A model generated the notes under the pieces. It did no database searches, was not told the DNA's origin, and saw nothing but the letters and a program-made list of their open reading frames with translations. Below, piece by piece: positions 1 to 7,118 of a stretch of 13,685 bases of DNA. Numbering within the stretch: position 1 is the stretch's first letter; every line of letters starts with the position of its first letter. A program made the translations under genes and the position numbers. Origin of the DNA: an uncultured archaeon (GTDB taxonomy: Archaea > Iainarchaeota > Iainarchaeia > Iainarchaeales > 0-14-0-20-30-16); NCBI GenBank assembly GCA_964480435.1, contig CAYZSS010000019.1:1228-14912 (forward strand), in the 5' to 3' direction.

Positions 1-142
1 AATGCTTAGAGAATTAAAGAAAGAACTGGCCTGTGGTGGTACAGTAAAAGATAATATTATTGAGCTTCAAGGGAAGCACACTAAAAAAGTTAGGTCTTTT
101 TTAGTAAAGAAAGGATTTTCTGCAAAGAATATAAAAAATTAG
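1..142 (+). CDS. sui1: Translation initiation factor aSUI1/eIF1, C-terminal fragment (5' end lies outside the window)
   Basis: Frame 2 is open from the window edge to TAG at 140-142. The translation [46 protein letters not shown] matches the conserved SUI1 C-terminal core (LACGGTVK...IELQG.H). It sits just upstream of Rpp29 and S17, as in other archaeal r-protein clusters. Confidence 0.85.
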   Translation, partial: MLRELKKELACGGTVKDNIIELQGKHTKKVRSFLVKKGFSAKNIKN

Positions 143-149
143 TGATTCT

Positions 150-413
150 ATGGGACATCCAGAAGTTATGGAATATCTTGGATTAGATATTGAAATTATT
201 GAATCTGGAGATGAATCTCAAAGAGGACTAAAAGGAAAAGTGTATAATGAAACCAAAAACACTTTTGTAATAGAAACTAAAAATGGATTAAAGAGAGTAG
301 GAAAAAAAGGAAAAAAATTTATGCTTATGAATGAAAAAGAAAAAATTTATGTTGATGGAGATAAAATAAATTATAGACCTGAAGAAAGAATAAAGGCATG
401 TTGGGGGACTTAA
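150..413 (+). CDS. rnp1: RNase P protein component 1 (Rpp29/Pop4 family)
   Basis: 87-aa ORF. LKGKVYNETKNTFVIETKNGLKRVGKKGKKF...YVDGDKINYRPEERI fits the Rpp29 Sm-like fold signature (G.V..ETKNT..I ... G..L.GRPE.R). It occupies the conserved slot between SUI1 and S17. AGTGAT SD lies 3 nt before the ATG. Confidence 0.85.
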   Translation: MGHPEVMEYLGLDIEIIESGDESQRGLKGKVYNETKNTFVIETKNGLKRVGKKGKKFMLMNEKEKIYVDGDKINYRPEERIKACWGT

Positions 414-414
414 A

Positions 415-684
415 ATGGAAACAAAATATATTCCAAGAGGAACATTTTTGATCGGAAAAGTAATTAGAATGAAAAGCAGTAAAACTGCTGTAGTTGAAAG
501 AGAAATTGTCCACTTTGTGGCAAAATATGAAAGATATAGAAAAGTAAGATCAAGAATTGCTGTTCACGTTCCCGACGATATTAAAGTTAATGTTGATGAT
601 ATTGTAAAAATTGGAGAAACAAGAAAAATAAGTAAAACAAAGAACTTTGTAATTGTATCTAAAGTTAAAGGTGATTCCGAATGA
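415..684 (+). CDS. rps17: 30S ribosomal protein S17
   Basis: 89 aa. GKVIRMKSSKTAVVEREIVHFVAKYERYRKVRSRIAVHVP...GDIVKIGETRKISKTKNFVIV is the S17 OB-fold signature. Conserved position before L14. Confidence 0.93.
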   Translation: METKYIPRGTFLIGKVIRMKSSKTAVVEREIVHFVAKYERYRKVRSRIAVHVPDDIKVNVDDIVKIGETRKISKTKNFVIVSKVKGDSE

Positions 685-1076
685 AGGCAATGCCATCCAA
701 GTCACAGAAATCAACAGCATTGAAAACACATATGACTTGTGCAGATAACACAGGTGCAAAAGAAGTATATTTAATTAGTGCAAGTATAAAAACAAGAAAA
801 AGAAGAATCCCATCAGCTGGAATTGGGGATGCAATAAATGTAGTTGTATCTAAAGGTAAACCAGAAGTAAAAAAGAAAATCTTTAGAGCCGTAGTAATAA
901 GGACAAAGAGTGGATTAACTAGAGCAAATGGATTAAAATTAAAGTTTGAAGATAATGCAGTTGTAATAGTGGATAAAGATGGGGTTCCAAAAGGTACTGA
1001 AATAAAAGGTGCAGTTCCCAAAGAGATTGGAAGTAGATGGCCTAAGATTGTAAGTAAGGCGTCTATGATAGTATAA
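681..1076 (+). CDS. rpl14: 50S ribosomal protein L14
   Basis: 131 aa with the CADNTGAKE and IGD...VSVKKG-type motifs. ATGA overlap with the S17 stop. GGTGAT at 669-674. Confidence 0.95.
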   Translation: MKAMPSKSQKSTALKTHMTCADNTGAKEVYLISASIKTRKRRIPSAGIGDAINVVVSKGKPEVKKKIFRAVVIRTKSGLTRANGLKLKFEDNAVVIVDKDGVPKGTEIKGAVPKEIGSRWPKIVSKASMIV

Positions 1077-1106
1077 ATGAGAAATATTATATTTAGGTGA
1101 TTTATA

Positions 1107-1598
1107 ATGAAGCCAGGAAAAGAAAGAAAAAGACAGATAATTGCTCCTTTGCATGAAAAACAGAAGAGCGTTCATGTTCATTTATCTACTGAATTAAGAA
1201 AAAAATATAACAAAAGAGCTGTCCAAATCAGAAAAGATGATGTAGTAAAAATCATGGTTGGAAAGTTTAAAGGAAAAGAAGGAAAAGTAGTTAAAGTAAA
1301 CATAAAAAAAGGATTTGTAAATGTTGAAAATATGAAAATTAAAAAAGTGGATGGTAAAGAAATTTACGTAAGAATGAATCCATCAAATTTGGTAATAAAA
1401 ACATTAAATATTAATGATAATAAAAGATTTAAAGAAAAAGTAAAAGCAGTAAAAAAAGTAAAAGTAAAAAAGGAAGCGAAAAAGAGCGTTCCTAAAGTAG
1501 CAAAAAAAGTAGATGCTAAAAAGAGTCAAGTAAAAGCAACTGGAAAAGATTTGGCTCCTAAAAAGGTAGTAAAGAAGGTGTCAAAAGATGGCAAATAA
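1107..1598 (+). CDS. rpl24: 50S ribosomal protein L24 (KOW domain) with a ~50-aa Lys-rich C-terminal extension
   Basis: 163 aa. The N-terminal 110 aa match archaeal L24 (APLHEK...LSTELRKKYNKR...KDDVVKIMVGKFKGKEGKV). GGTGAT lies 5 nt before the ATG. The tail KAVKKVKVKKEAKK...VKATGKDLAPKKVVKKVSKDGK is additional to the usual ~120-aa protein. Confidence 0.93.
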   Translation: MKPGKERKRQIIAPLHEKQKSVHVHLSTELRKKYNKRAVQIRKDDVVKIMVGKFKGKEGKVVKVNIKKGFVNVENMKIKKVDGKEIYVRMNPSNLVIKTLNINDNKRFKEKVKAVKKVKVKKEAKKSVPKVAKKVDAKKSQVKATGKDLAPKKVVKKVSKDGK

Positions 1599-2304
1599 AG
1601 GTGGAAAGAATAAACTTAAAAGAATAGCTTACAGTGGGCCAAGACATGTTTTGAAAAAAACAGATGAATTTTTAGTGAAGCCAGCTCCAGGATCAAAGAA
1701 AACTGAAAAAGGGTTATCCATTGCTGTAGTTTTGAGAGACATGCTAAAATTAGGAGATAATATTAGAGAAGTAAAAAAAATATTATTTGAAAAAAACATT
1801 TTACTAAACGGAAAAAAAATAAAGGATTACAAACTTCCTTTAGGGTTGTTTGATATTTTAGATTTGGTTGATGCTAAAAAGAAATATAGTCTTATTCCAA
1901 ATAAGAATAGACAATTGGATATTATTGAAATAGATTATAATAAGCCAAATTTAAGATTGAGTAAGATTGTTGGAAAAACAACACTAGCTGGCAAAAAAAT
2001 AATGCTTTCATTAGATAATGGATTTAATATACCTGCTGGCAAGGGAAAGTATAAACTAAATGATGTAATATCATATGATTTTAATGCAGAAAAAATAAAA
2101 GATCATTTTGAATTTAGTGAAGGAGTAAGAGTAATATTTACAGAAGGAACTCACATTGGTGAAGTAGGAAACATAAAATCAATTACAGCTGGAGATGAAA
2201 CAAGAAAATCCGAAATTGTTGTAAAAACTAAGAAAAAAGAACTAAGAAGTCTTAGAGATTATGTGTTTATTTTACCTGATGAGTTTGATTATTTATTACA
2301 ATAA
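1588..2304 (+). CDS. rps4e: 30S ribosomal protein S4e
   Basis: 238 aa. GGKNKLKRIAYSGPRHVLKKTDEFLVKPAPGSKK and a KOW-like region match S4e. It overlaps the L24 3' end by 11 nt. Conserved order L24-S4e-L5. Confidence 0.93.
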   Translation: MANKGGKNKLKRIAYSGPRHVLKKTDEFLVKPAPGSKKTEKGLSIAVVLRDMLKLGDNIREVKKILFEKNILLNGKKIKDYKLPLGLFDILDLVDAKKKYSLIPNKNRQLDIIEIDYNKPNLRLSKIVGKTTLAGKKIMLSLDNGFNIPAGKGKYKLNDVISYDFNAEKIKDHFEFSEGVRVIFTEGTHIGEVGNIKSITAGDETRKSEIVVKTKKKELRSLRDYVFILPDEFDYLLQ

Positions 2305-2324
2305 TATTTTTGGGTGTGGTAAAA

Positions 2325-2867
2325 ATGTCTAAAGAAAAAGCAGTTAAGCAAGATAAAAGTACAAATGCAATGCTTGATATCAAAGTGGATAAAATAGTAG
2401 TGCACATGTGCGTAGGTGATAATGTAGGTAAACTACAGAATGCTAAAGAAATTTTATTAAGGTTAACTAATATGAAACCAGTAGAAACAAAAGCAAAATC
2501 TAGGCTTCCTAAATGGGGAATAAAACCTGGTCTTGCAATTGGTGCGAAGGTAACTTTAAGAGGAAAAATAGCTGAAGAAGTATTGGCTAGGGTTTTCAAA
2601 GCATACAAAAACCAAATAAAATCTAGATGTTTTGATAAAAATGGTAATTTTGCTTTAGGTGTAAAAGAATATATTGATATTGCTGGAATGAAATATGATC
2701 CAAAATTAGGTTTGTTGGGTTTTGATGTAATGGTAAACCTAAAAAGAAAAGGTTATAGAGTAAAAGATAGAATGCTTTTTAGATCAAATGTAGGTGGTAA
2801 ACACAGGGTTAACAAAGATCAAGCAATAGATTATGTTAACAAAACCTACGGGGTTGATGTTATATGA
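2325..2867 (+). CDS. rpl5: 50S ribosomal protein L5
   Basis: The L5 signature is present (IKVDKIVVHMCVG..., ...GFDVMVNLKRKGYRVKDR). I prefer the ATG at 2325 (MSKEK...) over the track's TTG at 2310, because GGTGTGGT at 2313-2320 then serves as the SD. Confidence 0.92.
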   Translation: MSKEKAVKQDKSTNAMLDIKVDKIVVHMCVGDNVGKLQNAKEILLRLTNMKPVETKAKSRLPKWGIKPGLAIGAKVTLRGKIAEEVLARVFKAYKNQIKSRCFDKNGNFALGVKEYIDIAGMKYDPKLGLLGFDVMVNLKRKGYRVKDRMLFRSNVGGKHRVNKDQAIDYVNKTYGVDVI

Positions 2868-2998
2868 TTGATAAAAGAAAAGTTGTATGTAAGATTTGTG
2901 GAACCAATAGAGGTTTAGTAAGAAAATATAATCTTTATGTTTGCAGAAGATGTTTCAAAGATAATGCAATTAAATTAGGATTTACAAAATATAATTAA
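2864..2998 (+). CDS. rps14: 30S ribosomal protein S14 (zinc-ribbon type), 44 aa. Not in the supplied ORF track.
   Basis: Hand translation gives MIDKRKVVCKICGTNRGLVRKYNLYVCRRCFKDNAIKLGFTKYN, then TAA at 2996-2998. It carries a CxxC...CxxC zinc ribbon and the S14 C-terminal motif (RKY.LY.CR.CF...A..LGF.KY). ATGA overlap with the L5 stop. Canonical L5-S14-S8 position. Confidence 0.9.
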   Translation: MIDKRKVVCKICGTNRGLVRKYNLYVCRRCFKDNAIKLGFTKYN

Positions 2999-3047
2999 GG
3001 ATGTTTAAATAAAAAACAAAAATGACTTTACAAAAAAGGTGTTAATA

Positions 3048-3437
3048 ATGAGTGTTGATGTATTTTCAGATGCGATAATTAATATAAAAAATGCAGACTT
3101 TGTTGCAAAAAAAGTTTGTTCCATAAAACCAGCGAGCAAATTAATAGTTGCAACCTGTAGTCTTTTGCGAGACTTAAGTTATATTGATGGATTTGATCTA
3201 AAAGAAGATCCAAGAGGCGGAGTTTTAGATGTTCGTCTTAAAGGTGCAATAACTGTATGTAAAGCAGTAAAACCAAGATATTCTGTACAAGTAGGAGATT
3301 TTGAGAGATTTGAAAAAAGATATTTGCCTTCAAAGAACATAGGCTATTTGATAGTATCAACTCCTAAAGGTCTTATGACTCACAGAGAAGCAAAGAAACA
3401 AGGTATTGGTGGAAAATTAATTGCATTCATATACTAA
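3048..3437 (+). CDS. rps8: 30S ribosomal protein S8
   Basis: 129 aa from the ATG at 3048. The track start at 3039 is the GTG inside the SD AGGTGTT. D.FSDAI..IKNA...K, the ...GYLIVSTPKGLMTHREAKK.GIGGKLIAFIY C-terminus and the position before L6 identify S8. Confidence 0.93.
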   Translation: MSVDVFSDAIINIKNADFVAKKVCSIKPASKLIVATCSLLRDLSYIDGFDLKEDPRGGVLDVRLKGAITVCKAVKPRYSVQVGDFERFEKRYLPSKNIGYLIVSTPKGLMTHREAKKQGIGGKLIAFIY

Positions 3438-3462
3438 AATTATATTGAAATAGGTGAATAAA

Positions 3463-3993
3463 ATGGAAGTAAATATTAAAGTACCGGAAAATGTTAATTT
3501 GGAATACAAAGATAATATTTTTGTTGTAACTGGCCCTGAAGGAAAAATAACAAAGAAAAATCCAATAAAAATAATTGATGTGGCCATAAATGGTAAAGAT
3601 ATTGTTTTGAAAACAAAGGATGAAAAAAAGATAGCAAAAGCCCAAATTAATACTTTGGCAAAACACATAAAGAATATGCTTTCTGGTATTTGTAATCCTT
3701 TTGTTTATAGTTTAAGCATTGTATATTCACACTTTCCTATGAGTGTAGCAGTTAAGGATGGATATTTTATAGTTTCAAACTTTGCAGGGCAAAAAAAACA
3801 AATAAAAATAAAGATTGTTGGAGATGCAAAAGTAGAAATAAAAGGAAAAGAAATTACTATTTCTTCTCCGGATAAAGATACTGCAGGACAAATTGCAGCA
3901 AATATTGAAAATAAAGCAAAAGTAAGATCTAAAGATAGAAGAATATTCCAAGATGGAATTTATCTAGTAAAAAAAGGTGTTCAGAATGAGTGA
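3463..3993 (+). CDS. rpl6: 50S ribosomal protein L6
   Basis: 176 aa from the ATG at 3463. The track start at 3454 is the GTG of the SD AGGTGAA. Two-domain L6 pattern (V.IP..V......N...V.GP.G). Conserved S8-L6-L32e order. Confidence 0.9.
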   Translation: MEVNIKVPENVNLEYKDNIFVVTGPEGKITKKNPIKIIDVAINGKDIVLKTKDEKKIAKAQINTLAKHIKNMLSGICNPFVYSLSIVYSHFPMSVAVKDGYFIVSNFAGQKKQIKIKIVGDAKVEIKGKEITISSPDKDTAGQIAANIENKAKVRSKDRRIFQDGIYLVKKGVQNE

Positions 3994-4513
3994 TACTAAA
4001 AAAAATAATACTGTTAAACCTGTAGAAAAAGTAGCAAAAAAAAGAAGTCAAATAACATCAAAAGCACAAGCAATAGGTAAAGCTTTGGCTCCTATTAAAG
4101 CTGCGAAAAGAATTGCAGTAAAAAAGGATTTGAAAAAAGACAGTATAGTTGCAAAGCTAAAAAAATTATTAGCAAAAAAGAGAAAACACCCTGTATTTAG
4201 AGGAAGATTTGGGGTAAGAAGCATAAGAAGCAAATCAGTAGAAAAATTCAATAAGTGGAGAGTTCCAAGAGGAATTGATATAAAGTGGGAAAAAGGAGAT
4301 GGAACTAGAGTAACTATTGGTTATGGAAATCCTAAAGAAATAAGAGGAGTACACCCAAGTGGATACAGAGAAGTATTAGTTGGTAATATTAATGATCTAA
4401 AGAAAATTAATAAGGAATCCCACGCAGCAAGAATAAGATCTACAGTGGGCAAGAAAAAAAGAATTATTATTAAAGCAGAAGCAGAAAAAAAAGGAATTAA
4501 AGTTTTGAATTGA
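3986..4513 (+). CDS. rpl32e: 50S ribosomal protein L32e with a Lys/Ala-rich N-terminal extension
   Basis: 175 aa from the ATG at 3986. The track start at 3977 is the GTG of the SD AGGTGTT. The C-terminal ~110 aa match L32e (KWRVPRGIDIKW..., YGNPKEIRGVHPSGYREVLV.N..DL, ...AARI.S.VG.KKR..I...A...GIKVLN). It overlaps the L6 3' end by 8 nt. Confidence 0.9.
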   Translation: MSDTKKNNTVKPVEKVAKKRSQITSKAQAIGKALAPIKAAKRIAVKKDLKKDSIVAKLKKLLAKKRKHPVFRGRFGVRSIRSKSVEKFNKWRVPRGIDIKWEKGDGTRVTIGYGNPKEIRGVHPSGYREVLVGNINDLKKINKESHAARIRSTVGKKKRIIIKAEAEKKGIKVLN

Positions 4514-4548
4514 AATTGGATATGTTGGTATATTAATTGGTGATTATA

Positions 4549-4986
4549 ATGAAGATGAAATCTTTCAAAGAACAACTTTCAAAAATTATGAATGTGGGTA
4601 AATCTAGATTGTGGATTTCTCCTACTGCTACCGAAAGTGTGAAAAAAGCAATAACAAAGGATGATCTTAAAGAACTTGTAACTAATGGATCTGTTAAAAA
4701 ACTTAAAGGTGGAAAAAGTAGAGGATCTGCACGAATACTTGCAATAAAAAAGAAAAAAGGAAGAAGAGTTGGGCAAGGAAGAAGAAAAGGAGTAAAAACA
4801 GCAAGAACAAATCCAAAAGACGCATGGATGACTAAGGTAAGAGCTCAAAGAAAATATATTTGCGAAATGAAAGCAAACAGTGAAATTGATGCTAAATTGT
4901 ATAAAGAACTTTATCTGAAAATAAAGGGTGGATTTTTTAGAAGTAAGAGCCACATAAAGTTGTACGTAAGTAAGGTGAAAAAATGA
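4549..4986 (+). CDS. rpl19e: 50S ribosomal protein L19e
   Basis: 145 aa from the ATG at 4549. The track's TTG at 4537 lies just before, and overlaps by one base, the GGTGAT SD at 4539-4544. GKSRLWISP....V..AITKDD...L...G.V, a basic RRKG.. block and the slot between L32e and L18 identify L19e. Confidence 0.92.
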   Translation: MKMKSFKEQLSKIMNVGKSRLWISPTATESVKKAITKDDLKELVTNGSVKKLKGGKSRGSARILAIKKKKGRRVGQGRRKGVKTARTNPKDAWMTKVRAQRKYICEMKANSEIDAKLYKELYLKIKGGFFRSKSHIKLYVSKVKK

Positions 4987-5468
4987 AAAAGTTTGATTAC
5001 AGAAGAAGAAAAGAAATGAAAACAAACTACGAGAAAAGGTATGCTTTACTCAAGTCAAAAACACCTAGAATTGTGGTGAGATTAACAAATACAAGAGTCA
5101 TATTGCAATATGTTCTACATAACGCAGTAGGGGATAATATTAAATCTACACTTTCTTCAAGCAAACTATCTGAAATAGGAATAAAAACAAAGAGTTATAA
5201 AAGTAGATTGTGTGGTTATTTAGCAGGTTATTATTTTGGAAAACAAATAATTGCTAAGAAATTAGGAAAAGATGCAATCTTGGATTTAGGTATGCAAAAA
5301 GTTCATGATAAAGGAAAGCTTTTTGGAGTATTAAAAGGGTTAGTTGATTCTGGATTAAATATCCCACATGAAGAATCAATTTTACCAACAAAAGAAATTA
5401 TACTTAATGGAAAAGATGAAAAAGAATTAGCAGGTTATATAACAAAAATAGACGGATTGAAATTTTAA
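4983..5468 (+). CDS. rpl18: 50S ribosomal protein L18 (L5e family)
   Basis: 161 aa. RRRKE.KTNY.KR..LLKS..PRIVVR.TN....Q is the archaeal L18 N-terminal signature. ATGA overlap with the L19e stop. Confidence 0.92.
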   Translation: MKKFDYRRRKEMKTNYEKRYALLKSKTPRIVVRLTNTRVILQYVLHNAVGDNIKSTLSSSKLSEIGIKTKSYKSRLCGYLAGYYFGKQIIAKKLGKDAILDLGMQKVHDKGKLFGVLKGLVDSGLNIPHEESILPTKEIILNGKDEKELAGYITKIDGLKF

Positions 5469-5481
5469 AGAGGCGTAGTCC

Positions 5482-6195
5482 ATGGTTGATAGATACAAAT
5501 TAGCAAGAAAAAATGTTAAAAAAGTAGAGGAAAAAAAGCCCGGTACAGTGGAAAAACCAGATGAAATCAGGGAAATGGTTATTAAGAAACAGTTACTTGC
5601 GAGATACTCTATGGCGGATTGGGCTCCTAAAACAGATTTAGGAAAAAAAGTAAAATCTGAAGAAATAAAGTCTTTGGATGAAATCTTGGTTAAAGGATAT
5701 AAAATTTTAGAGCCTCAGATAATAGATTTTTTCTTAGAACTTACTGAAAAAGTAGTAGATATAAAAAAGACATCCTATGTTAGAATGTCTGGAAGAAAGT
5801 ATTCTTATCGTGCAACAGTGCTAATTGGAGATAAAATGGGCTATATTGGAATAGGTACAGAAAAAGACCCAGATAAATTAACAGCAATTGCTAAAGCAGC
5901 AAAGAACGCAAGATTAAATATAATAAAAGTTAATCACGGTTGTGGTGCTTGGGAATGTAATTGTGGAACAGGACATAGTATTCCTTTTAAAGTATCAGGA
6001 AGATGTGGTGGTGTAACTGTTGAATTAAAACCATCTCCAAAAGGAACTGGGCTTGTGGTTGCGGATGCAATTAAAGATGTATTTGATATGTGTAATATAA
6101 AGGATGTTTGGGGTAAGGGCTTTGGAAGCACAGCAACAACATTGAACTTTGTTAAGGCAGCTATTGATGCTTTATCAAAAACAAATAGGTGGTAA
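5482..6195 (+). CDS. rps5: 30S ribosomal protein S5 with a ~40-aa N-terminal extension
   Basis: 237 aa. DWAPKTDLGKKV..., RATVLIGDKMGYIGIGTEKD..., GCGAWECNCGTGHSIPFKVSGRCGGV.V.L.P.PKGTGLV are S5 motifs. Confidence 0.94.
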   Translation: MVDRYKLARKNVKKVEEKKPGTVEKPDEIREMVIKKQLLARYSMADWAPKTDLGKKVKSEEIKSLDEILVKGYKILEPQIIDFFLELTEKVVDIKKTSYVRMSGRKYSYRATVLIGDKMGYIGIGTEKDPDKLTAIAKAAKNARLNIIKVNHGCGAWECNCGTGHSIPFKVSGRCGGVTVELKPSPKGTGLVVADAIKDVFDMCNIKDVWGKGFGSTATTLNFVKAAIDALSKTNRW

Positions 6196-6196
6196 A

Positions 6197-6655
6197 ATGA
6201 GTTTAATTGCAATTATAAGATTAAGAGGAAGTTCCAAAAAGAATGGTGAAGTAAACTATGCTTTGCAAATAATGGGGCTTACTAGAGTAAATCATTGTGT
6301 TCTATTAATAGATAATATGTATACTAAAGGGCAATTAAAAAAAGTAAAAGATTATATTGCCTACGGTGAAATTGATAAAGACACATTGAAAGCAATGGTA
6401 GTAAAAAGAGGAAGATTAGAAGGTAACAAGAAAATAACTGATGTATTTTTAAAAGAGAAAAAAGTAAATATAGATGGGATAGTATCTCTTTATGAGACAG
6501 ATCCTAAAAAAGCTCAAGAACTGGGAATAAAAAAAGTATTTAGATTAAGCCCAGCATCTAAAGGTTTAAAATCAATAAAATTAGCTTTTGGTCATGGAGG
6601 AGACTTGGGACCAAGAGGAAAAGAAATTAATGTTCTATTAAATAAAATGATATAA
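6197..6655 (+). CDS. rpl30: 50S ribosomal protein L30 (L7e family)
   Basis: 152 aa from the ATG at 6197 (MSLIAIIRLRGS...), preceded by AGGTGGT. The track's 6149 start would overlap S5 by 47 nt and adds non-homologous residues. Position S5-L30-L15. Confidence 0.9.
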   Translation: MSLIAIIRLRGSSKKNGEVNYALQIMGLTRVNHCVLLIDNMYTKGQLKKVKDYIAYGEIDKDTLKAMVVKRGRLEGNKKITDVFLKEKKVNIDGIVSLYETDPKKAQELGIKKVFRLSPASKGLKSIKLAFGHGGDLGPRGKEINVLLNKMI

Positions 6656-6689
6656 ATTATAATCTAGTAAAATGTAGAGAAGTGGTTTT

Positions 6690-7118
6690 ATGGTAATAAG
6701 AAAACAAAGTAAAAAAAGAAGATATTTAGGTACAAGAACTAGAGGTGCAGGTGACACAAAAAACAGAAGAGGATCTGGATGTAGAGGTGGAACCGGTAGA
6801 GCTGGAGCTTTTAGACATAAATTTAGTAAATATTTTGATGAAGAAAAAGAATTTAAATTAAAACCAGCAACTACTGAATTAGCAGTAAGTATATGTAAAC
6901 TAAATGAGTATGTTGAAAACCTTTTGGAAAATAACAAAATTAAGAAAACAGATTTGGAAAAAGGAATAGAAATTGATTTTTCAGAAAATAAGGTATTCAA
7001 AAAATACTCAAAAATTATTGGCAGATCTGAACCAAAATTTAAATTTATTTTGAAGAATGTAAAAGCAACAGAAACAGTAAAAGGTAAAGTTGAAAATAAA
7101 GGAGGAACATTAGAATGA
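6690..7118 (+). CDS. rpl15: 50S ribosomal protein L15
   Basis: 142 aa. RKQSKKRRYLGTRTRGAGDTKNRRGSGCRGGTGRAG is the Gly/Arg-rich L15 N-terminus. Immediately upstream of secY. Confidence 0.93.
   Translation: MVIRKQSKKRRYLGTRTRGAGDTKNRRGSGCRGGTGRAGAFRHKFSKYFDEEKEFKLKPATTELAVSICKLNEYVENLLENNKIKKTDLEKGIEIDFSENKVFKKYSKIIGRSEPKFKFILKNVKATETVKGKVENKGGTLE

Noticed and set aside
2999-3047. The 49-nt A/T-rich S14-S8 spacer (tttaaataaaaaacaaaaatgac...) as an internal promoter or small ORF.
   Set aside because: The ATG at 3022 opens only a very short frame with no SD. A/T-rich TATA-like strings are ubiquitous at this base composition, so I cannot support a promoter call without transcript data.
6149-6196. 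The long N-terminal version of L30 starting at 6149 (MLRQLLMLYQKQIGGK...), and the similar upstream-extended track starts for L5 (2310) and L18e (12648).
   Set aside because: The 6149 start would overlap S5 by 47 nt and adds residues with no L30 homology, while the ATG at 6197 is preceded by AGGTGGT and begins the conserved MSLIAIIRLRG. For L5, the TTG at 2310 precedes the SD. For L18e, the TTG at 12648 remains possible but the ATG at 12657 is simpler.
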